Positions 53,886 to 64,000 of a stretch of 64,000 nucleotides of DNA are shown piece after piece. The notes under the pieces are model-generated. The model had not been told where the DNA came from. It did not search any database and saw only the letters and a program-made list of their open reading frames with translations. A program made the translations under genes and the position numbers. Position 1 is the first letter of the stretch. The number at the start of each line of letters is the position of its first letter. The DNA is from Eledone cirrhosa (lineage: Eukaryota). The stretch lies in contig OZ024750.1 of NCBI GenBank assembly GCA_964016885.1, positions 40,052,001-40,116,000 on the forward strand, in the 5' to 3' direction.

Positions 53886-55529
53886 GAGATTGACCTCCCA
53901 GTTAGATTAATCGCACCTTCAAAATCGGACCTGGGCAAATTAAGCAAAAACATTCTTGACAGGGTGATACTGCAAATTAAGAACTTGGATTATGTATCTA
54001 ACCTGAGCTTGTGGAAGGGAACTGGAGAGGTTGTTGAGTGGTTTAGGCAAATTAAATATGACAATAATAATAGGTTTATTCAACTTGATATAGCTAACTA
54101 TTATTCTTCTATTACCCCTAGTCTACTAAATAAGGCACTAAATTACGCATTCAAACATACGGACCTAACTAGCAAAGAAATGCATATTATATTATCGGCT
54201 AGGAAAACTTTGATAGAATTTGATGACAAATTATGGACCAGAGCAGATAGAGATAGCAATTTTGACATAACTATGGGATCTTCCGACTCAGCTCAAGTAA
54301 CTGACCTTGTGGGCTTATTTTTAATCAATTCGCTACATAGGAAAATACCTGGTACTACCGGAGGTTTATATAGGGATGACATGCTTTTACTTATTAATAA
54401 TAATAACCCTGAACTAAATAGAAAATGCAAACAAATTACAAAATTTTTTAATTACTTTAACCTTAAAATAGAAATTGAGAACAACCATAGAATAGTCAAT
54501 TTCCTAGATATAACATTAAATCTCAACACATGTCTCCACTATCCTTTTCACAAGTTGAATGAAAACTTAAACTATGTCAACTTTAACTCTAACCACCCCA
54601 GATCTGTCAAAAACACTATAGTAAACTCAGTCCAAAAACGTATCTCTAGGATCTCATCGAATAGAAAGATTTTTGACGAAAAGGCCCAATACTATAATGA
54701 TGCACTAGCTAGGGCAGGGTATGCTGATAAGATTGTGTACATAGATAATGATAAACAAACTAAACAAAGTAACAACTTTTTTAATTATGGCAACAACATT
54801 AACAACTATAATAGAAAGCATTACAATAATTCCAAAGGACAAAAAAGAAATAGAACTAGGAACATAATTTGGTTTGCCCCCCCTTTCTCACTAAACATTA
54901 AAACCCACATCGCTAAATTATTTTTCAAAGCTCTTGATAATCGCTTCCCTAGAACACATAGGTACCACTCAATCTTCAATAGGCATACAATTAAATTAAC
55001 CTACTCATCCACCAAAAATTTAGCACAAAATATTAATAGAATAAATAATAGGAACTTAAAACCTACTGATAATAGCATAAATAATATACAAGTTAACAAA
55101 TGTAACTGTAGAGATAGATCTAAATGTCCGTTAAATAACAACTGCTTAGTTAAAAATATAGTATACAATTGTAATGTTAATACTGACTCTAATTCTTTTA
55201 ACTACGTCGGTTCCACATCGACGGAATTTAAACTTCGCTATAATAACCACAAGAATTCTTTCACAGATCCAAATAAAAAATCTTCAACGGCACTATCAGG
55301 TGTACTCTGGCAACTTAAGCTAGATAACGTTAGATATTCGACGGCTTGGAATATAGTCTCAAGAGGGATTCCTTTTAATTCATCCTCTGAGACATGTGAC
55401 CTCTGCGCAGAGGAGATATTCTTTATACTAAAATCTAAAAATTCCCTTAACCTACGGACAAATTTATTCAGTTGTTGCAAACATAGATTAAACTCAACGT
55501 TTAAATATAAATTTAAATTTAAAATGTAG
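53886..55529 (+). CDS. PLE reverse transcriptase + C-terminal GIY-YIG endonuclease (N-terminally truncated, otherwise uninterrupted)
   Basis: In-frame upstream PVRLIAPSKSDLGKLSK. RT motifs FIQLDIANYYSSI, TMGS, GLYRDD, FLDITL, SNHP. Linker CxCx5Cx5C, then IVY...YVG...FKLRYNNH, C-terminal CDLC...LN...CCKH. Confidence 0.93.
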   Translation, partial: EIDLPVRLIAPSKSDLGKLSKNILDRVILQIKNLDYVSNLSLWKGTGEVVEWFRQIKYDNNNRFIQLDIANYYSSITPSLLNKALNYAFKHTDLTSKEMHIILSARKTLIEFDDKLWTRADRDSNFDITMGSSDSAQVTDLVGLFLINSLHRKIPGTTGGLYRDDMLLLINNNNPELNRKCKQITKFFNYFNLKIEIENNHRIVNFLDITLNLNTCLHYPFHKLNENLNYVNFNSNHPRSVKNTIVNSVQKRISRISSNRKIFDEKAQYYNDALARAGYADKIVYIDNDKQTKQSNNFFNYGNNINNYNRKHYNNSKGQKRNRTRNIIWFAPPFSLNIKTHIAKLFFKALDNRFPRTHRYHSIFNRHTIKLTYSSTKNLAQNINRINNRNLKPTDNSINNIQVNKCNCRDRSKCPLNNNCLVKNIVYNCNVNTDSNSFNYVGSTSTEFKLRYNNHKNSFTDPNKKSSTALSGVLWQLKLDNVRYSTAWNIVSRGIPFNSSSETCDLCAEEIFFILKSKNSLNLRTNLFSCCKHRLNSTFKYKFKFKM

Positions 55530-56731
55530 TATATTTAGTTTGATTTATATTTATATGAGAACTAGCCGATAAATCTTTTGATTCCTAAATCTTTGATTCC
55601 CTCTTTTTACTCTTTTTATTGTTTATTTTATTTTATTTATTTTTATTTTATTTTTATTTTTATTTTTATTTTTATTTTTATTTTTATCTAAACATTCCTC
55701 ATGAAAAATTAAGCTACCCTAAAAGCCGATGCTCCAAATTTTCTGAATTAACCTTACACTTGATAAACTTATATATTAAATATAGGAACATATGTAGACA
55801 TTATTGGACATCATAATCTTTTTTGCGATATTCCTTGCTAGATGTGATTTGATAGATAATTTTTGGCTTTGTCTTGTAGTGAACTTTGCAATATATTGTC
55901 AATTAACCTTGAAGGGTTGTTCTTTGTGGTTTATTTTTATTTTCATTTTTATTTTTATTTTTATTTTTATTTTTATTTTTATTTTTATTTTTATTTTTAT
56001 TTTTATTTTTATTCTTTTAGTATTGTAGTATTCTATAATATTTTTATATTTTTATTTTTTATTTTATTTTATTTTTATTTTTAATATTTTTATATGTAAA
56101 TTTTTTTTATATGTAAATTTTTATTTTTAATATTTTTAATATTTTTATATGTAAAGTTTTAATACGTAATATTTTTAATACGTAGTATTTTTAATATGCA
56201 ATATTTTTATTATGTAATATTCTTTCGTAATATTCTTTTTTAGTTTTCTATTCTATATTTTTATATTTTTATATATTTTTACTTATTATCATTATTATTG
56301 TTATCTCTGCTTATAATATAATATATATTTTCGATTAGTATATTGAAATCTGCTCTCTATTTCTGCTTGATAGATAATCTTGTAGAGTAATCGCAAGAAT
56401 AATAATACGCTCAAATTTTTATACCACATTGAGAATGTTTTCCGGTAACTTTGAATTTGCGGAGTGAATCAGTTGGATTCACATAGACATATGAATTTTT
56501 TTAAAAAACTAAACATAAGATAATGAATTTTCACGCATTGTGAATACTTGTTTCATTCAGGAATACTGATATTTACAATATAGTGTAAGTTTTATAAATA
56601 CTAATACATTAAAACATAGGGTTTTCTACGCCTCGAATATGTCTGGCTATTTTTAAATTTTTTTCTCTCTATATATCTCTCTATATCTCTCTATATCTCT
56701 CTATATATCTCCCTTACATTAATACTTGAGC

Positions 56732-56766
<35 letters not shown>

Positions 56767-57133
56767 ATGCATCATTGATACACTTACTCAAAATGACCTC
56801 CCACTACCTAATTTTTCTATATCTATATTTATATATGTATCTATCTCTATTTCCTCTCTCTCTATATATATATATATATCTCTTTCGGTCTCTTTACATG
56901 AAGCTCTTCGCTTTATCTATTTTTCCATCTCTCTATTTTGTCCCATGCATTTCTTCTTTTTCTTCTTTTTCTTCCTTTTCTTCGTTCTGTCTTTCTTTCT
57001 TTCTTATTTCCCTCTTTTTCTCTCTCTCTTTCTTTCTCTCTGTATTTTCACTGCTAGAGTGAACCTCTTCAAATGAAGTTGATGTTTATTACGGTATGTC
57101 GAATATATTTATCTATAAAACTGTTTATATTGT

Positions 57134-57197
57134 ATTTTGTCTGATGAAGGCATAGCATATTGTTAATATGATATCCCCGAAATATATATAATGAAAT
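57134..57197 (+). ncRNA. Minimal type I hammerhead in the PLE pLTR
   Basis: attttgt-CTGATGA-[agg...catatt gtt aatatg...ccc]-GAAA-tatata-TA-atgaaat. Confidence 0.8.
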
Positions 57198-57370
57198 AAA
57201 TATGGTTTTATAAATATAGTTTTCCATTTATTTAATATTGTAAATATACTCCAAGTATTTGTCGAGTGCTTTTATATCAGTTATAAATATTTACTAGTTG
57301 TAACCCAACAATTTTAAATATAACTTTACATGTATATATATATATATATATATATAGATATAGATATAGT

Positions 57371-57419
<49 letters not shown>

Positions 57420-57435
57420 TATAATATATATATAG

Positions 57436-57489
<54 letters not shown>

Positions 57490-57507
57490 TATAGATATAG
57501 ATATAGT

Positions 57508-57543
<36 letters not shown>

Positions 57544-57658
57544 AAAAAAGATGAAATCGAAAATGCAACTGAAGTCTCTTTTTAAAAGGTTCCTTTACCG
57601 GTTTCGCAGTTCTTCTGCTTTTCAAAAGTAGAATTGAGATGGAGGGTTTGTGGTTTTT

Positions 57659-57827
<169 letters not shown>

Positions 57828-58024
57828 ATAATAATAAATTTAAACACTAAAATCCAAAGAGGGCTTGGATAAACTTTAATCTGTTATTTTAATAAATATA
57901 TATATAAAAGATTCCTTCTGATGAACGAATTCAGACGCTTCTGTTAGAAACGTCTGAATTGCCTTGGGAAATGGAATAATTATATTTTGTTGTTTATTAC
58001 ATAATTATATATATATATATATAT

Positions 58025-58460
58025 TGAGTATATGTTGGTTGTATACCAACACCTTAGTATGCAGATTGGAGCACTCGACGAAGTGCGCAGGTTGGTTTGG
58101 TTACTCCGTAGTAATGTAAAATAAAATAAAATAAATAAGTCAAATGTTTAAAATTTGGCTTCGTTTATTACTGCTATATATATTTCGGTGACAGCCATCT
58201 TTGGTTGTGACCTCTTCAGGCAGTCCGAATTAGTGATATGATTCCAGTTCCTCAGTGAAACAACAACCCAACCAGGAACTGGGCATATCAGAGTATTGAC
58301 AAAGTTAAACACCTCAACAACATATGTACTCGTCTCTACCACACTAATTCGGACTGCCTGAAGAGGTCACAACCAAAGATGGCTGTCACCGAAATATATA
58401 TAGCAGTAATAAACGAAGCCAAATTTTAAACATTTGACTTATTTATTTTATTTAATTTTT
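58025..58460 (-). mobile_element. Mini PLE-like insertion: inverted pLTR arm, spacer, pLTR with hammerhead, 3' tail
   Basis: ~58125-58235 is the reverse complement of 58342-58455. The minus-strand tail contains gtcgagtgct and ends at (TA)n. Confidence 0.75.
58353..58407 (+). ncRNA. Minimal type I hammerhead (mirror copy at 58170-58224, minus)
   Basis: actgc-CTGAAGA-ggtcacaacca aaga tggctgtcacc-GAAA-tatata-TA-gcagt. Confidence 0.85.
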
Positions 58461-58596
58461 CAATCATTTACATATTCATTTGCATATTCACCCATAAGTT
58501 GGAAAAATCTCTAATATATTTCCACTATCCAGTGAATTTCCAACCGATAAGGTATGATTTTCATGGGTATGTCTCTATTTATAAAACAAACTTTGT

Positions 58597-58657
58597 ATTT
58601 TATCTGAGGAAAGCGTACTAATGTGTCTTGGTACCCTTGAAATATATATAATAAAAT
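58597..58657 (+). ncRNA. Minimal type I hammerhead in a pLTR related to the intact PLE
   Basis: attttat-CTGAGGA-aagcgtacta...tggtaccctt-GAAA-tatata-TA-ataaaat. The downstream aaatatggttttataaatatagtt matches 57198 onward. Confidence 0.8.
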
Positions 58658-58697
58658 AAATATGGTTTTATAAATATAGTTTCCATTTATTTAATAT

Positions 58698-58763
<66 letters not shown>

Positions 58764-58845
58764 TGTAAAAAATTGAACGGGAACAAAACAGAGAGGCAGT
58801 ACGAACAAAGGTTTATTAGTTTCACGCTCTTGAGAGTGGGGTGGT

Positions 58846-58898
<53 letters not shown>

Positions 58899-59240
58899 GG
58901 GGGGGGAGTGTGTGTGTGGGAAAGACAGATAGATATTACCATAGTAACTAAATACACATCCTGCCGATACTCTCAGCTTGTCGTCAACTGTTGTTGTCGG
59001 CTTTACTCGAGACACCATTCGTTGTCGGCGTTACTCGAGACACCATTCGTGAACTGAGGTTGCACTGTATTTTGTTTGACTTATTTCGAGCTGTAAAGAC
59101 GGATATCCCCAAACTTTTGTATACAACGTTTACTACAATGTAAAGGAGAGAAGAAAAAACCGCGAAAAGTTGTCAATTTTTATATAAAGTAAATGAATGA
59201 CGTTTCAACTGATCTTCTCCACCTCCAACTAACTTACCCC

Positions 59241-59530
59241 CCACCTCTTGGTCGTGGCTGACAGGATAGAGGATAGATTATCCCAGAGGACAATGAGGGA
59301 GTCATGTTGGGATAGTCATACCACCTCTTGGTCGTGGCTGACAGGATAGAGGATAGATTATCCCAGAGGACAATGAGGGAGTCATGTTGGGATAGCCATA
59401 CCACCTCTTGGTCGTGGCTGACAGGATAGAGGATAGATTATCCCAGAGGACAGGAGGGGGCCACACTGGAACAGCCACTCCACCTCTTGGTCACGGCTGA
59501 CAGGACTGGAGTAGCCACTCCACCTCGCTG
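59241..59530. repeat. 80-bp tandem repeat (~3 copies plus degenerate parts)
   Basis: ccacctcttggtcgtggctgacagg recurs at 59241, 59321 and 59401. Confidence 0.9.
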
Positions 59531-59599
59531 GAGTCACAACTGTTGGAAGCCAATTCTGCTCTGATGGCAGTGAATAGGGATGTGGTCTGGGGACCAAGT

Positions 59600-59870
59600 A
59601 CACCAGAAGTTGCCATGGCTACAGGTTATACCACAAACCCCGCAAGGCTGGCACCTGCGAGCAGTGGATTCTGTTTCGATAGCAGAGGGTAGGGATGTGG
59701 TCCCGGGACCAAGAACGCTGGGAGTATCCACTGCTACAGGCTCTACCACTAATCTATCAGAGAGTAGCCGATACTTGGACAGTTTGCCCAGTTCGGCCTG
59801 ACGGGTAGCAGAGCCTCGGATGATGGCCGAACCCACCAGGTTGCCACTAGAGAAGGTGTCACCGCGTGTA
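59600..59870 (-). pseudogene. C-terminal restriction-like endonuclease fragment of a CRE-type non-LTR retrotransposon
   Basis: DTFSSGNL...GSATRQAELGKLSKYRLLSDRLVVEPVAVDT..VLGP fits the RLE K..KY..L....P.AVET.G..G pattern. Confidence 0.65.
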
Positions 59871-60964
59871 ACTAAATAAATGTGGTAATTGTCCTTAAAG
59901 TCAGATTTACTCATTAAAAAGGAATATCTGTGAGTGGTGACGTAATATTAACCACGAATACTGTAAATTCCGGTGGGTGGGCCACATTGTCATATATATC
60001 CTTTCAGATCTTTATTTATACATCAGATAGATAATATTTAGTCCAGCAGTGAACGAGGTTATATAATATATTGTCAGTCGTCAGCCGAACAATCAACTGT
60101 GTAATACAAGAGAGATATAAAAGGGGGTTGGGCTAATAATTAATGATGCACACATTCTGACATGTGAACCATTACGTCATACATGTTTACGTACATATTA
60201 CATTGTAATTGGTTGACGCAGTAGGTGAGTGGGGGGTGGGGGTGGATTTAAGGAAAGGTTAAAAAATAAGGTTGGAATTGATGATCATAGCAGCAGAATA
60301 TTAGCAATTTATACAATTGATATTATTAGATCATAAACTCCGATATTTCTATATATGACAGTTAGAGGGAATGACAAGTGTCAGCCGTGGTACCTGTAGG
60401 GGGCATACTATCCAAAAAAGTATATGTCTATATATATATATATATATAATGGCTGCCCCCTTGTTATCAAGTATGGCCATTGCACGATATACCATTATTA
60501 ATAATTATTAATTAATTCTATCGTGCAATGCCTGTGCGTGAAGATATTTTTTAAAGTGAGGAAAGACTGTGTACTGAGCCAATCCCACTCTCTGAGCGAC
60601 AGTAGCTATAAGCCGAAAGGAAGAAAAGATCAACATCATCGGTAACTACTGAGCTGTAGGTTTTATATCGGAGATATCCCAGTTTCCTGAGTTGCCTTCT
60701 CCTAGAAGAATGCCCTGACAAAGGCTAGGGGTCCTTCACTCCCAGTGGTTTAGCCACGCGATCGGGTATCCAGCCCGATTATATCTATGTCCCCGCGCAT
60801 ATACATACACATTCCCCCATGTATATACAACTATACATATACATACATTTGTACATGTGTATATACATATTTACACACTTTTGGATGGCCGTTGACTCTT
60901 ATAAGTTCTTCCACCTTTTGTTGGGTTTTGTTTTTTGTCAAAATGACCCTCCTCACCAAGTAAA

Positions 60965-61017
60965 CTTGGTGCTCTGGTGCGTTATGGTCCATCTGATTCC
61001 TTACCACACTTCCTTCG

Positions 61018-61019
<2 letters not shown>
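60965..61019 (+). mobile_element. 3' tail only of mini PLE family A
   Basis: ggtgcgttatggtccatctgattccttaccacacttccttcgt-(TA)n. Confidence 0.65.
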
Positions 61020-61080
<61 letters not shown>

Positions 61081-61085
<5 letters not shown>

Positions 61086-61208
61086 CCCGGGTTCAATCGG
61101 GGGGTAACCACAGTAAGTAAGGTACTCAATAAATAGCAGAGTATAAATATTTCCTGATGATTTCTCCCGAATGAAACAGTTCTAGTCCCGTAGAAGCCAT
61201 TTCTATTA

Positions 61209-61214
<6 letters not shown>
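61081..61214 (-). mobile_element. Mini PLE-like element (tail on minus; truncated hammerhead core on plus)
   Basis: Minus tail attgagtacc...-(TA)n. Plus strand CTGATGA-tttctcccgaat-GAAA-cagttc-TA lacks a stem I partner. (TA)n on both sides. Confidence 0.45.
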
Positions 61215-61281
<67 letters not shown>

Positions 61282-61302
61282 GTATATATATATATATATA
61301 CG

Positions 61303-61334
<32 letters not shown>

Positions 61335-61341
61335 TATATAC

Positions 61342-61411
<70 letters not shown>

Positions 61412-61433
61412 CGTCTATACGTATATATATATA

Positions 61434-62338
61434 CTAGCAGTGGTACCCGGCATTGCACGGGATAATGTATTTTGGAAGGCGGGCCGCCAACAGACCTAAT
61501 CGTGGAAAAACTACATGCCTGGACAATGTGTAAAGAAAATAAACCGAATACTCTGATGGCTGGATAATCTTTAAGATTTTCCTCGATGAAACAGGAAAAG
61601 TGCAGGTTTTCACCTAATGCGGGCCCTAGGGGATCAAGAAAATGAATTTTTTTTTATGTGCATAATATGCCTTGAAATTTCAGGAAAATCGGCTAGGCGT
61701 AACGCCTCATAAAAGCCCTAAAAAGCTGAAAAAATTAAGTTTTTCACCTAGGCCATACAAAAGTGGGATTTTCTTTGCTCACGGTATGAACAAGAGACTG
61801 ACTAATACATAGTTACAATTTCAAGGAAATTGGTCTGACGTAACACCTCAAAAAAACCCTAAAAAGCTGAAAAAACTTTGTTTTTCACCTAATGCGGGCC
61901 CTAGGAGAAAAGAAAAGTTGAATTTTTTTATGTGCATAACACTCTCTGAAACATAAGTAATACACATGTAAAGTTTGAAAAAAATCGGTTGGGTACTTCT
62001 AGAGTTTTAGGGATTCAAACTCACAGACACACACACAAAGACAGACATCCTCAGGGAAGTGACATAATGCATACAGACAGATATTATAAGGGCGCGACGT
62101 TATATGTATGTATCTATCTAAAAGGAGAAAGACTAAGAATTATAGAGAGAGATCGCTGAATCGCCTAATGTGGTCCCTAGGGCATTGAAAATTTGAAATT
62201 TCTTTGGCTCAGAACACTCCCTGAAACATAAGTATTACATGTGTAAAGTTTGAAAACAGTTGGTTGGGTGGTTCTTGAGTTTTAGGGATTCAAACTCACA
62301 CACACACAGACAGACATCCTCAGTTTTATATATATAGA
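61434..62338 (-). mobile_element. Non-autonomous Helitron with internal direct repeats
   Basis: Minus strand starts TCtatatatataaaactgagg and ends cccgtgcaatgccgggtaccactgCTAG|T. Confidence 0.7.
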
Positions 62339-62374
62339 CTAGCAGAAAACCACCGGCAGGCGGTTTTCTGCTAG

Positions 62375-62650
62375 TCTATATATCTAAAACAGAGAATGTC
62401 TGTCTGTCAACTCACTAAAACTTGAGAACCATCCAACCGATTGTTTTCAAACTTTAGACATGTAATACTTATGGTCCTGTGAGTGTTTTGAGCAAAAATT
62501 ATTTCAAATTTCCAATGCCCTAGGGACCGCATTAGGCGATTTAGCGTTCTCTCTATATAATTCTTAGTCTTTCTTTTTAGATAGATACATAGATATAACG
62601 TTGCGCCCTTATAATATCTGTCTGTATGTCTGGCTGTCTGCATTACGTCA
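62375..62650 (+). mobile_element. Helitron 5' portion, inverted relative to 62064-62338
   Basis: Starts TCtatatatctaaaacagag and is a diverged reverse complement of the left arm. Confidence 0.65.
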
Positions 62651-62761
62651 TTATGAGGCGCTCAGTGTGTGTGTGCATATATATATGTATCGTAATGCAG
62701 ACAGCAAGACATAGCTTTCCTTCCCCTCTTCCAGCGTCTCTCTCTCTCCCTCCCGCTATCC

Positions 62762-62841
<80 letters not shown>

Positions 62842-62936
62842 TATAAAGAGAGAGAGTGGGGGAGGCTTACAACTCGAATACATAAGCACACAGATATCTC
62901 ACACAATACCTACACACACGAGCGCGCGCACACACA

Positions 62937-62967
<31 letters not shown>

Positions 62968-63299
62968 TTCATATATTGTGTCTATAGAATATACAAAGTT
63001 TTCGATATAAACAAGTGTTGAAAAGTTCCTGGGGCCTCGTCTATCCACTAATTCTTTAAACAAGTCGAACAATTTTTCAGAAAAAAATCGAAACATTTGG
63101 TAATTTCTATTGGTTATGTAAAGTCTCTGGTTAAGATATGCAGGAAGATATTTAGAATTAGTCAAGACGGTTTTCATGGCACTAAATATAAAAATTGCAA
63201 GAAATATTATCCAACAAATTTCAATTATATAATTATTGCAATAAAATATAAAAACAAAAAAAAGTAAGTAATGAAAATAAAGAGAGGGGTTTGGAGCTG

Positions 63300-63687
63300 C
63301 AGACTCCACACCCCAGTCTAGGTGGTATATCTCAGCTGTGGCAGGGAGTGACAGACTCTACACCCCAGTCTAGGTGGTATACCTCAGCTGTGGTAGGGAG
63401 TGACAGACTCTACACCCCAGTCTAGGTGGTATATCTCAGCTGTGGTAGGGAGTGACAGACTCTACACCCCAGTCTAGGTGGTATACCTCAGCTGTGGTAG
63501 GGAGTGACAGACTCTACACCCCAGTCTAGGTGGTATATCTCAGCTGTGGTGGGGAGTGACAGACTCTACAACCCAGTCTAGGTGGTATACCTCAGCTGTG
63601 GTGGGGAGTGGTAGACTCTACACCCCAGTCTAGGTGGTATATCTCAATGTGGTAGGGAGTGGTAGACTCTACACCCCAGTCTAGGCG

Positions 63688-63690
<3 letters not shown>
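63300..63690. repeat. 52-bp minisatellite (~7.5 copies)
   Basis: Unit acaccccagtctaggtggtatatctcagctgtggtagggagtgacagactct. Confidence 0.95.
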
Positions 63691-63721
<31 letters not shown>

Positions 63722-64000
63722 AATTCTATAAAATGTAGGAATCTCAGCGCGGGGTAGCTGTCAACAGCTGATTGTTATGTGCACAGCAAAATCCGGGTGA
63801 AATTATAACCACATGTTGAGCGGAAGTACCGAGAGAGGAAAAGGATGTAAAGCTTAAGATAAGAAAAGAGAGAGGTAAATATATTTGGCATGTTGTTGTT
63901 GCTGCATATTTTAAAAGGCCATGATAAAAGAATAGTTAAGTGATGAAAACTAAAAAAACTTTCACGTTTGAACGAATTCATCAAATTTCTGCTCCAACCT

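Larger units (their letters stand above)
53584..57330 (+). mobile_element. 5'-truncated Penelope-like retroelement with inverted 5' pLTR, inserted in (TA)n
   Basis: 53584-53884 is a near-exact reverse complement of 56945-57243. It contains the RT-GIY-YIG ORF and an ~85-nt unpaired 3' tail, with (TA)n on both sides. Confidence 0.92.

Noticed and set aside
57911-57977. Hammerhead-like CTGATGA followed by a perfect 10-bp hairpin
   Set aside because: GAAA, stem III and the cleavage triplet are not correctly placed. At best a decayed copy.

Overview
AT-rich, repeat-saturated eukaryotic DNA. It is most likely an octopus or other coleoid cephalopod, inferred from the CORE-type and Meta-type tRNA-derived SINEs, RTE LINE fragments and abundant (TA)n. 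There is one 200-N scaffold gap. The only long bona fide ORF is a 5'-truncated Penelope-like retroelement (PLE; RT + C-terminal GIY-YIG, ~53886-55529), which has an inverted pseudo-LTR and a hammerhead ribozyme. The most interesting pattern is that at least five unrelated short families sit inside (TA)n tracts with the same architecture as this PLE. That architecture is an inverted 5' arm starting at a fixed point, then a minimal type I hammerhead in some families, then an unpaired 3' tail with a shared (T/C)GAGT(A/G)C motif, then (TA)n. A second recurring pattern is that many large minisatellites are in-situ expansions of pieces of the transposon that still flanks them (SINE A-box, CORE domain, Meta-SINE tail, RTE ORF, mariner MITE, probably a hAT TIR). 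The window also has non-autonomous Helitrons, including a palindrome of two head-to-tail junctions, hAT and Tigger-like MITEs, a CRE-like endonuclease fragment, and possible small exons of a host gene near the left end. The giant ORFs in the arrays are judged artefacts of 3n repeat units. All calls were made by eye, without database searches.
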